NCBI GenBank assembly: GCA_965649765.1
Contig: OZ287754.1
Location: 62,620,001 to 62,684,000 of the forward strand
Length of the DNA stretch: 64,000 nt
Direction: 5' to 3'
DNA from: Bispira polyomma
Taxonomy: Eukaryota
Positions within the stretch are counted from its first letter, which is position 1. Every line of letters begins with the position of its first letter. Positions 63,600 to 64,000 of this stretch are shown here, piece after piece. The translations under genes were made by a program, and so were the position numbers. Under the pieces are notes generated by a model. That model worked only from the letters and a program-made list of their open reading frames with translations. It had not been told where the DNA came from and did no database searches.

Positions 63600-64000
63600 C
63601 ATCCTGGACTGGATAGCTTACACGATACAGAGCTAAACCTTAAATAGCTTAAAAATCATCAACAACAGTGAAAAGAAGAGCTTAAGATTCAAAGGCGAAA
63701 AGAAGAGCTTGAAGCTGAACAACAACAGCGTAAAGAAGAGCTTGAGGCTCAAAGACGAAAAAAAGAGCTCAAAGCTCAAAAATTTGAAAAAGAACTTCAG
63801 CTTAAGCATGCAAGGGAAATGGAACTCAATGCTGGCCAAATTGCCCACGAAGAGTCCATGGCAACCATATTTGATTTGGGTAAAAATATGCACTGGTACC
63901 ACCTTTCAACAAATCGGAAGTTGATAAGTATTTTCAACACTTTGAACGAGTGGCTCAAAATTTGTAAATGGCCCGCAAACCCGTGGCCTTTATTGCTGCA
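63600..64000 (+). pseudogene. Gypsy gag N-terminal region, frameshifted, running off the window
   Basis: Coiled-coil KEELEAEQQQRKEELEAQRRK, then FDLGKNM/LVPPFNKSEVDKYFQHFERVAQNL, a motif typical of animal Gypsy gag proteins. Confidence 0.8.

Overview
AT-rich eukaryotic DNA, probably from an invertebrate animal (mollusc-like by SINE and TE content; this is inference), made almost entirely of nested, decayed mobile elements. I see no intact protein-coding gene, rRNA, bona fide tRNA or CRISPR array. Contents: about 9 remnants of tyrosine-recombinase (YR; DIRS order, Ngaro-like) elements, including two ORF-less ~1.2 kb derivatives; a Gypsy element with the Gmr1-type INT-RT-RH domain order plus a second Gypsy gag at the window end; several L2-clade LINE pieces (one near-complete ORF2); a Tx1/L1 3' end; two Harbinger transposon remnants; tRNA-derived SINEs; a TIR MITE; and a few possible host (pseudo)exons. 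The right half (31.2-63.2 kb) is a compound tandem duplication A-B-A-B-C-B-C-B-C' with periods of 7447 and 7816 bp, and both novel junctions fall at homopolymer G or C tracts. The best candidate for something undescribed is a cis architecture shared by diverged YR elements. It consists of a 5' TCAGYT..GGGGACCAG arm followed by a TATA box, a 3' array of 15-bp TTAAGG-N3-CCTTAA palindromes enclosed by a longer inverted repeat, and a terminal ...GGAACTG arm complementary to the 5' arm. All calls come from reading the sequence by eye; element boundaries are approximate unless a junction sequence is quoted.
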